A stretch of DNA of 64,000 nucleotides from Somniosus microcephalus (taxonomy: Eukaryota). This document shows, piece by piece, positions 47,317 through 60,054 of this stretch. Position numbers and translations under genes: made by a program. Location of the stretch: contig CM126218.1 in NCBI GenBank assembly GCA_052327205.1, positions 27,094,001 to 27,158,000 of the forward strand. The letters are read 5' to 3'. How positions within the stretch are numbered: the stretch's first letter is position 1; every line of letters begins with the position of its first letter. The notes under the pieces were generated by a model, which worked only from the letters and a program-made list of their open reading frames with translations, was not told the DNA's origin and ran no database searches.

Positions 47317-47681
47317 AATTCCATGAAGTCCATGAGCTGCAAATTCCTTAAAAATAGTGCCTGACGACAGTGTGAAAGTCTGTCACGCAGAGCCAGCCAA
47401 AAGTTGAGTCCCACGGCATGGATATCGTATTGTACATATGTTGGGCTGCTCTTTCCTTAATCTTGAGAATACACTGTTCATTATACCCTGCACTACAGAG
47501 GCATTGTTTGCATCATGTGCAGCACAATGGTCACAAGTCATGTCATGATTGGCAAGAGATTCAATGTTATGATTGAAAGCTCCTTGTCCTATAGCGCTGT
47601 ATTTGTGGAAGTTCCATGGGTTTCTCCCGATCAACCGTTATAACTTCGGCAGAAGATCAGCGTAAACCCCAGAAAGACAGT

Positions 47682-48423
47682 GGCCCGTATTTTCCAACCG
47701 CAGGCCTCCCGCGGGCGGAGGCCTGCAATCTGGAAAAATCTGCGCCCTTACCCGAGGGCTTCCGGAACGCACACACTTCCGATCCTGGGCCTCTCCACAC
47801 TCCAAGTGCGCAGGGACCACGTATCCCAGAGGTGCAGGTAGTTCGCAGCATCCCTGGGATCACGTGGGCCATGGGGAGCCAATCAAAGAAGGGGATCTCC
47901 CTTCATACACTTGACAGGAAGACCTGTCAAATATATGAATGGAGATCACCCCAAAAACATAGTAAAACTTTAAATAATTTTTTTTTAAATCAGTTTTAAA
48001 ATGACTTGGAATTTCAATAAATTAACTATTTTAAACAAACATTTAATTTTTTGAAAAAAGAATTAAAATTTTTACGGGGCTAAAAATAAACTTAGCTTTT
48101 TTTAAAGTATTTTTGAATGCTAAATCAGTGAAAAATTTTTTTTTTTAACTTTTTTCAACTCTTATCCTGGTAAAAGCAGGCCTTACGCTTGCTTTTACCA
48201 GGTGTAAGAATTGTAAGGGTTTTCTGCGGGCGGAGGGTCTCCAAAAAGCAGAACTTTCCGCCCGCAGGGGCCCTTCCCCAGGGCAGCCGGAGGATCTGTC
48301 AAGAGCTTTCTTGACAGATCGGAAATGCCGGTTTTCAGCGCATGCCTGAAACCGGCATTTCCGATGTCCCTACAGGTGGGTACACGGCACGTACCCACCC
48401 GTAGGGATCGGAATATCTGGGCC
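47682..48423. mobile_element. Harbinger-type MITE with AT-rich core and subterminal hairpins
   Basis: Imperfect TIRs GGCCCGTATTTTCC / GGAATATCTGGGCC; related inverted copy at 54598-55230. Confidence 0.7.
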
Positions 48424-49665
48424 ATTGTTTACGCTGTTTCTCCAGGGTTTCTGCTGACGTTATGGTAACCCATTGGGAGAACTCCTGTGGAATTTCAAGC
48501 CCTTTGTGTATAAGGAATTTTGTTATTGGTGCCTAGAAATGAGCTATAATTTTGTAAATCGGACAACTTAGTGCCACTGAAGAGAATTCGGATTTTGGCC
48601 CTGTCTATTTATCTCAACACTACCTCCTGCTGTTTGTCGCCTGTGCACAATGGGGGAAAAAATAATTTGTATGGGTTAAATGGCTTATTTCCAGTAGTTA
48701 AGAACAATGAATCAGAATGTATACAGCTGCCTGCTGATTCTAAACTCTTTACAACTTCTGTTGCCTACCAGCAAAATTTGACTGTTACAATGGTAGAGGA
48801 TATAGAGTGGAAAGTATTGGCTGATTTTTCCTCCAAATCAGTCTGAAATCCACGTAAAATGCCTTTCAGTCCATCACCTGCTGATAGGATAGGATATAAA
48901 GTAGTGAACTGGGCCTCGATTTTTAAACCTCCGCCCCTGATGGGCAGGAATGCGTTGGACCAGGGGCTAAAATCTTGAAAATCGAAATCCCGCCTCCAAC
49001 CTGCCATGCTCCCGTTATAATATTAACGGCAGTGATTCAGGCCCTGGACAATGCTCCTGCTAAAAGCAGGTGGCGGACTACTTAAGATGCAAAATATTAA
49101 TGGCAAACCAGGAGAGTCCCGCATGACGGCTGGAGCCAACTGGCCGGAAGAGGCCATGGTAAGTTTTAAAAACGTCCTTCCCTTTGAACTACTTGTGGGC
49201 CAGGAGGAGCAAAAGTGCTACCTCCAGGCCCCTAAAGAAGTCCTTGGTCCTTCCCACTCCCGCCACCCCCACCCCCCCATCCCATCCCTGATCGCAAGGG
49301 AATCCCCAGCCCAGCCTCCTGATTGATGCCCTCGAATGCCCTGGAACTTCTCCTCCCAACGACTGCCGGAGATCATTCCCACAGGCTGCGGCCTCCTGTG
49401 ACCAAATTCCCGCTGCCCCCCGCCAGCCAGGTAAAGAACATAAGAACATTAGAAATAGGAGCAGGAGTAGGCCAATCGGCCCCTCGAGCCTGCTCCGCCA
49501 TTCAATAAGATCATGGATGATCTGATCCTAACCGCCAATCTACTATCACAGAACCATCTCCTGAACCTAACAGAATTAGACACACGAAATAGGAGCAGGA
49601 TCAGGCTACATGGCCCCTGGGCCCGCTCCGCTACCCACAGGGCCATGTCCGATCCGAACCTAGAC

Positions 49666-52586
49666 TCATGTCCAAATTCCTGCCCGCTCCCCGTAACCCT
49701 TAATTCCCTTTACTTCTAGGAAACTGTCTATTTCTGTTTTAAATTTATGTAATGATGTAGCTTCTATAGCTTTTTGGGGCAGCATATTCCATGGACCTAC
49801 CACCCTCTGAGTGAAGTAGTTCCTCCTCATCTCAGTTTTGAAAGAGCAGCCCCTTATTCTAAGACTATGCCCCCTAGTTCTAGTTTCACCCATCATCGGG
49901 AACATCCTCCCCACATCCACCCGATCCAACCCCTTCACAATCTTATACTATTCTTCTGAACTCCAATGAGTAGAGTCCCAATCTACTCAACCTCTCCTCA
50001 TATGTCCATCCCCTCATCCCCAGGATTAACCGAGTGAACCTTCTTTGTACTGACTCGAGAGCAAGCATGTCTTTTCTTAAGTATGGACACCAAAACTGTG
50101 CAGTATTCCAGGTGCGGTCTCACCAATACCTTGTACAACTGAAGCAATACCTCCCTATTTTTATATTCTATCCCCCTAGCAATGAAAGCCAACATTCCAT
50201 TGGCCTTCTTAATCACTTGCTGCACCTGCATACTAACCTTTTGAGTTTCGTGCACCAGGACCCCCAGATCCCTTTGTACTTCAGTACTTTCCAGTTTCTT
50301 GCCATTAAGATAATAACTTGCTCTACGATTTTTCCTGCCAAAGTGCATAACCTCACACTTTCCAGTATTGTATTCCATCTGCCAAATCTCTGCCCACTTA
50401 CTTAGCCTGTCTATGTCCCCTTGCAGGTTTTATATCTCCTCCTCACTCACTACTTTCCCTCCCATCTTAGTATCATCTGCAAACTTTGATATGTTACACT
50501 CGGTCCCCTCCTCCAAATCGTTAATATAGATTGTAAAGAGTTGGGGACCCAGCACTGACCCCTGCGGAACACCACTAGTTACTGATTGCCAGTCTGAGAA
50601 TGAACCATTTATCCCAACTCTCTGCCTTCTGTTAGATAGCCAATCCTCTATCCATGCCAGAATATTACCCCCAATCCCGTGATTTTTTATCTTAAGCAAT
50701 AATCTTTTGTGTGGCACCTTGTCAAACGTCTTTTGGAAGTCTATATACACTACGTCCACTGGTTCCCCTTTATCCACCCTATATGTTACTTCCTCAAAGA
50801 ACTCCAGCAAATTTGTCAAACATGACTTCCCCTTCATAAAACCATGCTGACTTTGTCCTATTAAATTATGATTATCCAAATGTCCTGTTACTGTCTCCTT
50901 AATAATGGACTCCAAAATTTTACCTACCACAGATGTTAGGCTAACCGGTCTATAGTTTCCAGCCTTCTGTCTACTGCCCTTTTTAAATAAGGGTGTTACA
51001 TTAGCAGTTTTCCAGTCTGCCGGGACCTTTGCTGAGTCCAGGGAGTTTTGGAAAATTATTACTAATGCATCCACAATCCCTACCGCCACTTCCCTCAAGA
51101 CTCTAGGATGTAAGCCATCAGGTCCAGGTGATTTATCCGCCTTGAGTCCCATTATTTTACCGAGTACCACTTCCTTCGTGATTTTGATCATGTTTAGCTC
51201 CTCCCCCCCTAAAACCCCCTGTTTGTCCAGTGTTGGGATATTCTTAGTGTCCTCTACTGTAAAGACTGATACAAAATATTCATTCAGTGTTTTTGCCATC
51301 TCCATATTTCCCACCATTAATTTCCCGGTCTCATCCTCTTTAGCCACTTTAGCCACCCTTTTTCTTTTCATATAAATATAAAAACTCTTACTATCTGTTT
51401 TTATATTTTTTGCTGATTTACTTTCATAATCTATCTTCCCTTTCTTAATCAATCTTTTTGTTATTTTTTGCTGTCTTTGAAAGTTTTCCCAATCCTCTAT
51501 CCTCCCACTAGATTTGGCTACCTTATATGCCCTTGTTTTTAGTCGAATACTATCCTTAATTTCTTTACTTAGCCACGGATGGCTGTCTTTTCTTTTACAC
51601 CCTTTTCTTCTCAGTGGAATATATATTTTTTGGAAGTTGTAAAATAACTCCTTAAATGTACACCCCTGATCATGTATCGTCTTACCCTTTAATCTATTTT
51701 CCCAATCCACTCTACTCAATTCCGCTCTCATACCTTCATAGTTTCCTTTATTCAAGCTTAGCACGCTTGTTTGAGATCCAACCTTCTCACCCTCTAATTG
51801 AATATGGAATTCAACCATGTTATGGTCACTCATTCCAAGGGGATCCTTTACTAGGACATTTTTAATTAATCCTGTCTCGTTACACAGGACCAGATCTAAG
51901 GTTGCTTGCTCCCTGGTCAGTTCAGTTACATACTGCTCAAGAAACCCATCCCTAATACACTCAATGAACTCATCTTCAAGGCAGCCCTGCCCAATTTGAT
52001 TTGTCCAATTAATATGATAGTTAAAATCCCCCATAATTATAGATGTTCCCTTATTACAAGCCTCAACTATTTCCTGATTGATACTCCGTCCAACAGAGTT
52101 GCAACTGTTCGGAGGCCTATAGACTACGCCCACTAGTGTTTTTTTCCCCTTATTATTCCTTATCTCCACCCAAACTGTTTCATTATCCTGATCTTTTGAC
52201 CCAATAACATTTCTCTGTATTACAGTGATTCCTTCCTTTATTAACATAGCCACCCCACCTCCCCTTCCTTCCTGCCTGTCCTTCCTGATCATTAAATAAC
52301 CTGGTATGTTTAATTCCCAGGCATTGTCACCCTGCAGCCATGTTTCTGTAATGGCCACAAGATCATACCCATATGTAGTTATTTGTGCCATTAACTCGTC
52401 TATTTTGTTACGAATGCTACGTGCATTCAGATAGAGAACTTTCAAATATGTTTTGTGACAGTTAGTTCCTGCTTTTGCCCTTTCTTTTACTTTACCTTTT
52501 ACTCCATACCTTCTGCCCCTTCCTGACACGCTCTGGTTTTTCATTTCCCCACTGCTACCTAAGTCTATGACCTTCTCTGTTGTCAT
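49666..52586 (-). pseudogene. CR1 ORF2 (EN plus RT), disrupted after the FADD motif
   Basis: 718-aa open frame to FADDTK, then a stop and frameshifted C-terminal pieces. Confidence 0.9.
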
Positions 52587-52624
52587 TTTTATTATTTGCT
52601 CTCTAGGAACCTCCCCCCGACTAG

Positions 52625-53578
52625 TTAGTTTAAAGCCCTCTCTACTGCCCTAATTATATGATCCGCCAGGACTCTAGTCCCAGCACTGGCCAAGTGAAGC
52701 CCGTCCCAATGGAACAGCTCCCTCCTGCCCCAGTACTGGTGCCAGTGTCCCAGGAAGCAAAACCTATTTCTCCCACACCAGTCTTTGAGCCACACATTTA
52801 ACTCTCTAATTTTATTCATCCTAGCCAAATTCGCTCGTGGCTCAGGTAATAATCCAGAGATTATTACCCTTGAGGTTCTGTTTTTTAATTTGACCCCTAG
52901 CTGCTCATACTCCTTTAACAAAACTGGCTTCCTAGTCCTATCTACCTCGTTTGTACCAACATGGACCACGACAACTGGATCCACCCCCTCCCACTGCAAG
53001 TTTCTTTCCAGCCCAGAGGAGATGTCCTTAACCCTGGCACCAGGTAGGCAACACAGCCTTCGGGACTCTCGCTCTCGGCTGCAGAGAACTCTATCTATCC
53101 CCCTAATAATACTATCCCCTACCACTACAACATTTCTATTTACTCCCACCTCTTGAATGGCCCCCCATTCCACGGTGCTGTGGCCAGGTTGCTCATCCTC
53201 CCTGCAGTCCCTGCTCCTGTCCCCACAGGGAGTAAGAACCTCGAACCTATTGGACAACAGCAAGGGCTGCGACTCCTCCAACACTACCTCCTGGATCCCC
53301 GTACCTCCCTCACTCGTAGTCACACCGTCCTGTCCCTGACCATGGGCTACATCTGAATTAATTAACTTCATAGGTGTGACCACCTCCTGAAACACAGAGT
53401 CCAGGTACTTCTCCCCCTCCCTGATGTGTCGCAGTGTCTGAAGCTCAGACTCCAGCTCATCAACACGGAGCTGGAGTTCCTGTAGCAGCAGACACTTGTC
53501 ACAGACATAATCACCGTGAGCCTCAATGGGGTCCACCGGCTCCCACATCTCGCAACAGTAACACATCACCTGCTCCAT
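52625..53578 (-). CDS. CR1 ORF1p (zinc finger/leucine zipper plus SGNH esterase), 317 aa
   Basis: CYCC..W..YVCDKC, heptad [46 protein letters not shown]. Confidence 0.92.
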   Translation of the reverse strand: MEQVMCYCCEMWEPVDPIEAHGDYVCDKCLLLQELQLRVDELESELQTLRHIREGEKYLDSVFQEVVTPMKLINSDVAHGQGQDGVTTSEGGTGIQEVVLEESQPLLLSNRFEVLTPCGDRSRDCREDEQPGHSTVEWGAIQEVGVNRNVVVVGDSIIRGIDRVLCSRERESRRLCCLPGARVKDISSGLERNLQWEGVDPVVVVHVGTNEVDRTRKPVLLKEYEQLGVKLKNRTSRVIISGLLPEPRANLARMNKIRELNVWLKDWCGRNRFCFLGHWHQYWGRRELFHWDGLHLASAGTRVLADHIIRAVERALN

Positions 53579-54597
53579 TCTATGTAATTAATTAAATTTT
53601 TTATTGTTAGTTATGGACACCCTCTGCCCGATTTTAGATGCTAGTATCCCCTTTAATTAATTGGATTTAAATTAAATCAATCCGTCTAATTACACCAGTT
53701 AAATGGTTTACCAACAGTCACTCTGCACCAGAAAGGCCTTATTAACTACAACCCACAGAGTTAAAGTTTGAAAAGAGCACCTAACACCCCACTTACCCTA
53801 ATTCACACTTACCCAAACTCACAGCACTCTCTGCTGACTCGCACTCAGTGCTTGCTTGCACTAGGACTGGTCTTTTTATACTGTTTGTTTGTTTACAGCC
53901 AAATGAGTCACCCCTGCTGATTGGTTAGAAAACTGGTTTCCACTGCCTGCTGTGCCAATTTACTCCTACTGCAGTGTAACCTTGTTTTACTCTTCTTAAA
54001 CCAGCAGAATCCCAAATATTTAACTTTTCCCCTTTACTTAAACTGCTTAAGTAATCTTATCAAGAATGATTTAAAGAGAAATAACAATTAAAGAACTCTC
54101 ACACTTACCCAAACTCACAGCACTCTTTGATGACTCGCACTCGGTGCTTGCTCGCACTAGGACTGGTCTTTGGTGAATATTGGACAGGCATCGGACAGGA
54201 ATCCGGGAAGTTTTATTTAAATGAGGTTCTGCCATTAAGTTCAGCAGGGCCTCCACATCCCTGACCTGTCCAGGTGCGCTGCCCGCGACCAGGCTCACGT
54301 GCACCATTCCCTCCTGTAAAACTCGGCCCTGGTTGCATTATGCCCAGGCAGAAATATTGGACTTCTTACTGAAAGGTTTTGTAATTCTGGCATGTATTCA
54401 TTAATCTATCCATCAGTTATCTTTGATCATATAGTGGCTGCATCACTACAGAGGGAATACATGTTGCAAATAAATACGCAGTTACCTATGCGGAGAATGT
54501 AGAAATAAAACACATGGCCATACCATGTTCAGATAATCTGCTTTTATTTAGTAGCATTATTCTACACCACAACATTAAACTGAGGCCCCGTCTGCAA

Positions 54598-55230
54598 TGG
54601 ACCAGATTTTGCGACCCCCACGGGTACATACGAGGTGCGTAAGTGGCCGTAGGGGCCGCGCAAATGCCGGTTTCAGGCATGCGAAGCGCATGTGCTGAAA
54701 CCAGGAACTTGCAATCTGTCAAGAATTCGCTCGACAGATCATCCGCATGCCCAAGAAAAGTGCCTCTGCGGGTGGAGAGTTGCGCTTTTTGCAGAACTTC
54801 CGCCCGCTGAATGACTGTCAAATTCTTACACCTGGTAAAAGCAGACGTAGGGCCTGCTTTTATCAGCTTAAGAGTTTTAAAAAATAGAAAAATGAAATTT
54901 GATAACTCATTTATATAAATTAAAAATACTCTTCAAAAAGGTAAGTTTATTTTTAGCCCCATAAAAACACTACATTTTTTCTTTCAAAAAATAAATTTTT
55001 GTTTAAAATATTTAATTAAATGGCATTTTAATTAATTTTAAGTATGTAATGTTTTTTAAAACATTATTTAATGTGTTGGTGTATTTTTTAGGTGATCCCC
55101 ATTCATACTTCTAACCGTTCTGTACGTACGGAACTGTCAAAAGGTTGAATGGGGATTCCTTTCTTCCATTGGTTGGACCAGCTCACATGATCCCAGGAGC
55201 GCCTACGAACCATTTGCGCCCCTGGGATCA
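54598..55230. mobile_element. Truncated MITE related to 47682-48423, opposite orientation
   Basis: GGACCAGATTTT..AAATGCCGGTTTCAGGCATGCG..ATCTGTCAAGA..GACAGATC..CTTACACCTGGTAAAAGCA..TTTATTTTTAGCCCC matches the reverse complement of ~47850-48423. Confidence 0.7.
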
Positions 55231-55234
55231 TGTG

Positions 55235-55390
55235 ATCTGGTCATTGACTATTTGTGGGACTTTGCAGTGCACAAATTGGCTGTCCTGTTTGCTTACATAA
55301 CCACAGTGACTACACTTGAAAAGTAATTAATTGGCTGTGAAGCACTTTGGGGGATGTGAATTTCAATATAAATGCAAGTTCTTTCTTTTC
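55235..55390 (+). mobile_element. DeuSINE 3' fragment
   Basis: TTTGTGGGA..TGCACAAATTGGCTG..AGTGACTACACTT..AAGCACTTTGGG..TATAAATGCAAG. Confidence 0.65.
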
Positions 55391-56227
55391 TAACACTGAA
55401 TTTAAATTGCAGAATTACTGAATACAGGTACCTGTTGCCCAGATAGAACAAAAAATAGTTATAGAATCATAGAGATTACAGCATAGAAAGAGGCCATCCG
55501 TCCCATCGTGTATGTACGAGTGTTAGCTCTTCACCTGGAGCTCTTAGCCTAGATTTTCCAGCTGGTACATTTTAACGTCATCATTAATCGGTTCCAATGC
55601 CGATTTACAAATCTAGGCCATCTACTCTAATCCCACATGGCAAAGCCTCTTCTAAAGCAGATTAAACCAAATATATACAGTTAACTGAGGTACATTTTGT
55701 ATTCATACTTCATTGAGAAGTAAATGATGTCTGGCCAAATCTACGCAAGCACTGCATGGGGTGAGTAAGGTTACTGTCCAAGCCTCTATTCCTAAATTGT
55801 CTTTGCAGCACAGATCTTTGTACAGGCAACAATAATGCAACTCTCCCTACAATAAATTGCAGTGGACTCAATTTGTGTTTCTTGTAAGGAACAAAATGTT
55901 ACAATCAATAGTAGTAGTCAGCTGCAAAGCACTTTCATAATAACTACAACTGTGCTATGGTCTACAAGAATAGCTTTACCCATACATTCCTGTCACATAT
56001 TTACAAAGTAATCCTGCTGTGGGTTATGTATAGTCCAGTAAGTTACTCGACAGACCTTTGTTGTATCACTTTTTCATGTTGTGAATACAATAGTCTTGAT
56101 ACAGGCTGTCCTCATATCGAAACAACTTTCCAAAGAGAATAGGGATGATTTTCCTTTGCTTTGCGCATTGGGAACATTTACTTCCTGGATGCAAAGCAGA
56201 GGAAAAAAAGAGATGGAGACCTGTGAT

Positions 56228-56650
56228 TACATAGAATTACATAGAAGGTACAGTACAGAAAAAGGCCATTCGGCCCAATTGATCCATGTTGGTGTTTATG
56301 CTCCATATGAGCTTTCTCCCACCACTCTTCATCTAACCCTATCAGCATAACTTTCTATTCCTTTCTCCCTCGTGTGTTTATCTAGCTTCCACTTAAATGC
56401 ATCTATGCTATTCGCCTCAACTACTCCATGTGTAACAAGTTTCACATTCTAACCACTCTCTGGGTAAAGAAGTTTCTCCTACATTCTTTGCTGGATTTAC
56501 TAGTGACTACCTTATATTTATGACCCCTAGTTTTGCTCTCCCCCACAAGTGGAAACACCTTCTCTATGTCCACCCTATCAAACCCTTTCATAATCTTAAA
56601 GACCTCTATCAGGTCACCCCCTCAGTCTTCTCTTTTCCTGAGAAAAGAGA
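56228..56650 (-). mobile_element. CR1 3' fragment
   Basis: Tail ACATAGAATTACATAGAA; the reverse strand encodes degenerate GDLIEVFKIMKGFDRVD..FPLVGES.TRGH..FFTQRVV. Confidence 0.85.
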
Positions 56651-58256
56651 AGTGAGGTCTCTGACCCCTTGCGTAGCCCAGAAAACCCCTTAGGTTCCAC
56701 TGAAGGGAGTGGTGCGCTTGCATCTGGAACTGACAACATCATGCTAAACCCATGATAATGAGTCATTAATGATATCACAACATCTCCACCTCATTTTCCT
56801 GCTCGATAGACATTCCAACAAAGCTGCCCCCTCAGAAAGTGGGTTTTAGTACTCACGCTCAGCCCCCTCAGATTGGAGGAGCTGCAAAGGGGCTATCCAC
56901 AAGGTCCTGGTGGCTCAAAACAGGTGAGTTTCTTCTTCCCTGAAGGTGAAGCAAATCTTTTTGCAGCTGGGTACCTTCGGATTGCTGTTTCTGGACAGCA
57001 GATATAAGATCCACAGCGGCTGGCCATTACCACCACTACAGGCCTCTCAAGCTCTCCGCCGCAGTCAGCGTTCCTCGTCTCACTTCTGGGCGCATGCCCC
57101 TGCTAAGGGGTTGGGTCTGTGCTTGAACAAAATCAGGGCTAGTGTTAAAGACCCCTTGAAACGGGAAATACAGATGGGTTCAGGATCAGGTCAGTGGATA
57201 ATGTTAAAATGTTCTTTACACTTATCCATTAATGATAAACATTAGTTTGTACTCCAATGGAGGATAACTACATCACTGAGGTCATGTGATACAACTGCTA
57301 TAATGTCTGCAATTATTATGACAATTGAAGAAATAGCAGAGAGGGGGTAATTTTCTGAAGTCCCACAACCAGCACAGAGCCGCATCTGTGGTGAGCACAG
57401 ATCAGAGAATCGGGGCTACATTGTTATGACCCTACCTTCAATCTAGGCTCCAGGTGGTCAGCAGGCCCGCACAAAATTACCCTCTCATGGGGTAAATCAG
57501 ATAATAAAACAGGCAAGGGAATAAATCAGATAAAATAACTAACCTCAAAGAAAGCAGGAGAATGAATTTAATCAAAGAAAGAAGATCTTCACTGAAACCG
57601 AAAAGGATAAAACGGGAAAGAGCAAGGACAAGTGGAATAGAAAATGTTGATGTTTTTGTGGTGGTGTGGAGGTGTCTCTATTATAGGTAAAGCTTCCTGT
57701 CTCTGAGTTATTCTGTTACAGGTGTTGGAGCAGGCTGCTGCACGGAATCTATTGATCGTTTTGTGCTGTTTCCGGCCTAAAAGTAGGCCAAGGAGAAACC
57801 CACTTCACACAGCTTTTATCACAGTCTTCCAGACGCCACAACCATTATGATACAAAAGAATTCAAATTATATTTCTGTGCTTTCAATCTCAGAGTCCATT
57901 AGCAGAGGGATTTGAGGAAAATTGACTTTAGATTTGAAAATCTGTATTCCACTTTTCATTTCACTCTCAATAGAGAAAATTAACATTGGAATTCTTTTAG
58001 TTGCTGGTTTTCATAGATATTTTGTGATTCTTATCTTCTGGGACAAGCAGGGTTTTTCTCTATCACTTCAAATGAATCCTTGCAGTACATAAACTCAACT
58101 TCCATAAAGCATTTCATAAAATTCCACTAAAAAAAGGTTACTAGTTAAGCTCAAAGCTGTGGGGATCCAGGGCAAAATGTGGGAATAGGTAAGAAATTGG
58201 CTGAAGGCTGGAAAAGAATGGGTACTGGTTAGAGCAGCAATGTCAGGGTGGGAGTG

Positions 58257-59846
58257 TGTAGGGGGTGGCGGGTCGGCGCGTGCGCCCAGTCAGTTATACT
58301 CCTGACTGTCTGTGAGCGGTTCGAATCACTCCCACACCCCTGGGTTCTGGACACCGGACTTAGGTACAGGCGGCGATACAGAAAACTCGAGTAGACAAGT
58401 GTAAGAAAACCAAGATTTTATTAAAACAGAAAATAAAACAGTCTTATGAGAAGTCACTAGTATAAAATACAGGCAAATACAAAATAACTATACTTACACA
58501 GGGAATGGGGAACACACGGCACATTGAGGGAAAAACAACTACATTAACAATCCCCCTATCCTTATCCCACCCCCTATACCTAACTAGATTAAGCTATGAG
58601 GGGCCAGAATTCATGCTCACCAATCCAAAGCAAAGCCAGCTGTTTTAACGGATGCGGGTTTTGAGGTTTGGTCTTCTGCCCTTTTAGGTACCCCGTCGCC
58701 ACGTGGTCTCAGGGGCGTGGTGCTGGAGCTGCTGCGGCGACACACCTTTTCTTCTCCTCAGCTACCATCGTCATCTCGTCGCGATGGGTTCTCTTCTTCT
58801 TCTCCCTCGGGCAGTCGTCGGCAGTAACGTTGTGCCTATAGGGCAGTTGGCAGTCTTCACTGCCTAGATTTTCCTACCCAAGCGTCAAACGCCAGTATAT
58901 TTGTTGTGGCGTGGACACCTGCATTTATTCGCAGTGCTCAACAAGATGTTCGCCTCCCCAAGCGCCAGCTTATAACTAGGCGCTTGGCCTTTATCGATAC
59001 GTTTTTTGCTGCCTGCTCTGCTCTTATCAAGTTGTTACCTTCTTCTTCGTCTCTACTCGTCTCGTCTCATTTGCCTCATTTCCTCTGCCCTCTCTCGTGG
59101 CCCGGGTGTCCTGGGTGACTTTGGACTCGGGTCTCGTTCCCCTCCCCTGCAGTTGGTATGGATGTCCTTGACTGCTGAAAATTTGCTACGGGGAGCGAGG
59201 AGGGAACCCGCCACAAGGCCAGGGCATAAGTACGGGCGGCGGCAGCCCAAGGCAGCGCAAGAGTCAAGAGCCAGGAGCAAAAGCAAGAGAGCGATTGCTA
59301 CTGGGGGCCTACAGTTACACTCCTTTCGAATGGCCCTTATCTGCACGCCAAATCAGGTTAGTTCATTGTTTCAATTTTGGCGGGCTGTGTTAAATGATTA
59401 TAGCAATCTAAGTTAACTGGATTTAGGTGGCCGTTTATCGCACCTAATGGCCTGCTGTCCAGGCTGTATTGTCTTTAATGCATTCTAATCGGCCTGTCCA
59501 GCCTTGATGGCTCCCATAAGATGTTTCTGATTATTTATGCGGACAAACTACTGGCCTCATGTATAGGCCTAACTGGTTTTGATCTGTCTACGATCTGACG
59601 TACTGCATATTCAATGTTTGCTGTCTGGCTTTCAAAACACAAAAGTCCTTTTTCACAGAAATGCATTTTAAGTTTCGATTTCCCAAAGCTGCTTGTGCTG
59701 CCACAGAGTCCAAGCTTTTTAAAATCTTGCAGGCTTTTGGTCATGAGGTGCGGACACCATCTTTTGAGTACCCTTTTTAAAATGTCCACGCAGGGTCCCT
59801 TTTATTAATAACCTTGGGGGCATGTGGGAATTTTGCAAATCTTACA
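58257..59846 (-). mobile_element. Orphan TG..CA element (probable 1.59-kb solo LTR) inserted in an old CR1 fragment
   Basis: Termini TGTAGG / CTTACA; 4-bp TSD AGTG (58253-56 and 59847-50); flanks ~58075-58256 (KRLLVKLKAVGIQG..NWL) and 59847-60050 (GSVLG.LLF.IYIN..KFADN.KLG) are consecutive CR1 RT segments. Strand inferred from minus-strand AATAAA near 58420. Confidence 0.75.
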
Positions 59847-60054
59847 AGTGGGCTCTGTGTTGGGATCGCTACTTTTTCCAATTTACATCAATGTCTTAGA
59901 TTCAGAAACTCAATGCAAATTGGCCAAATTTGCAGACAATATCAAATTAGGAGGAGCAATGGAGTCGAAGCAGATAGCCCAGGAGTTAAAGAAAGTGCTC
60001 AACAAAATATATGAGTGGGCTGAACAATAGCAGATAGAATTCAATGCTGACACT

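Larger units (their letters stand above)
49436..54170 (-). mobile_element. Near full-length CR1 LINE (5' UTR, ORF1, frameshifted ORF2, 3' UTR)
   Basis: ORF1 at 52625-53578; ORF2 pieces at 50430-52586, 49998-50378 and 49666-49938; (TTCTTATG)-type tail at 49436; duplicated ~70-bp 5' segment. Confidence 0.93.
48911..54329. mobile_element. Non-autonomous Harbinger-like element (48911-49435 and ~54171-54329) split by a full-length CR1
   Basis: Imperfect TIR-like ends GGGCCTCGATTTTTA and TAAAACTCGGCCC; GC-rich subterminal sequence like other Harbinger relics here. Confidence 0.55.
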
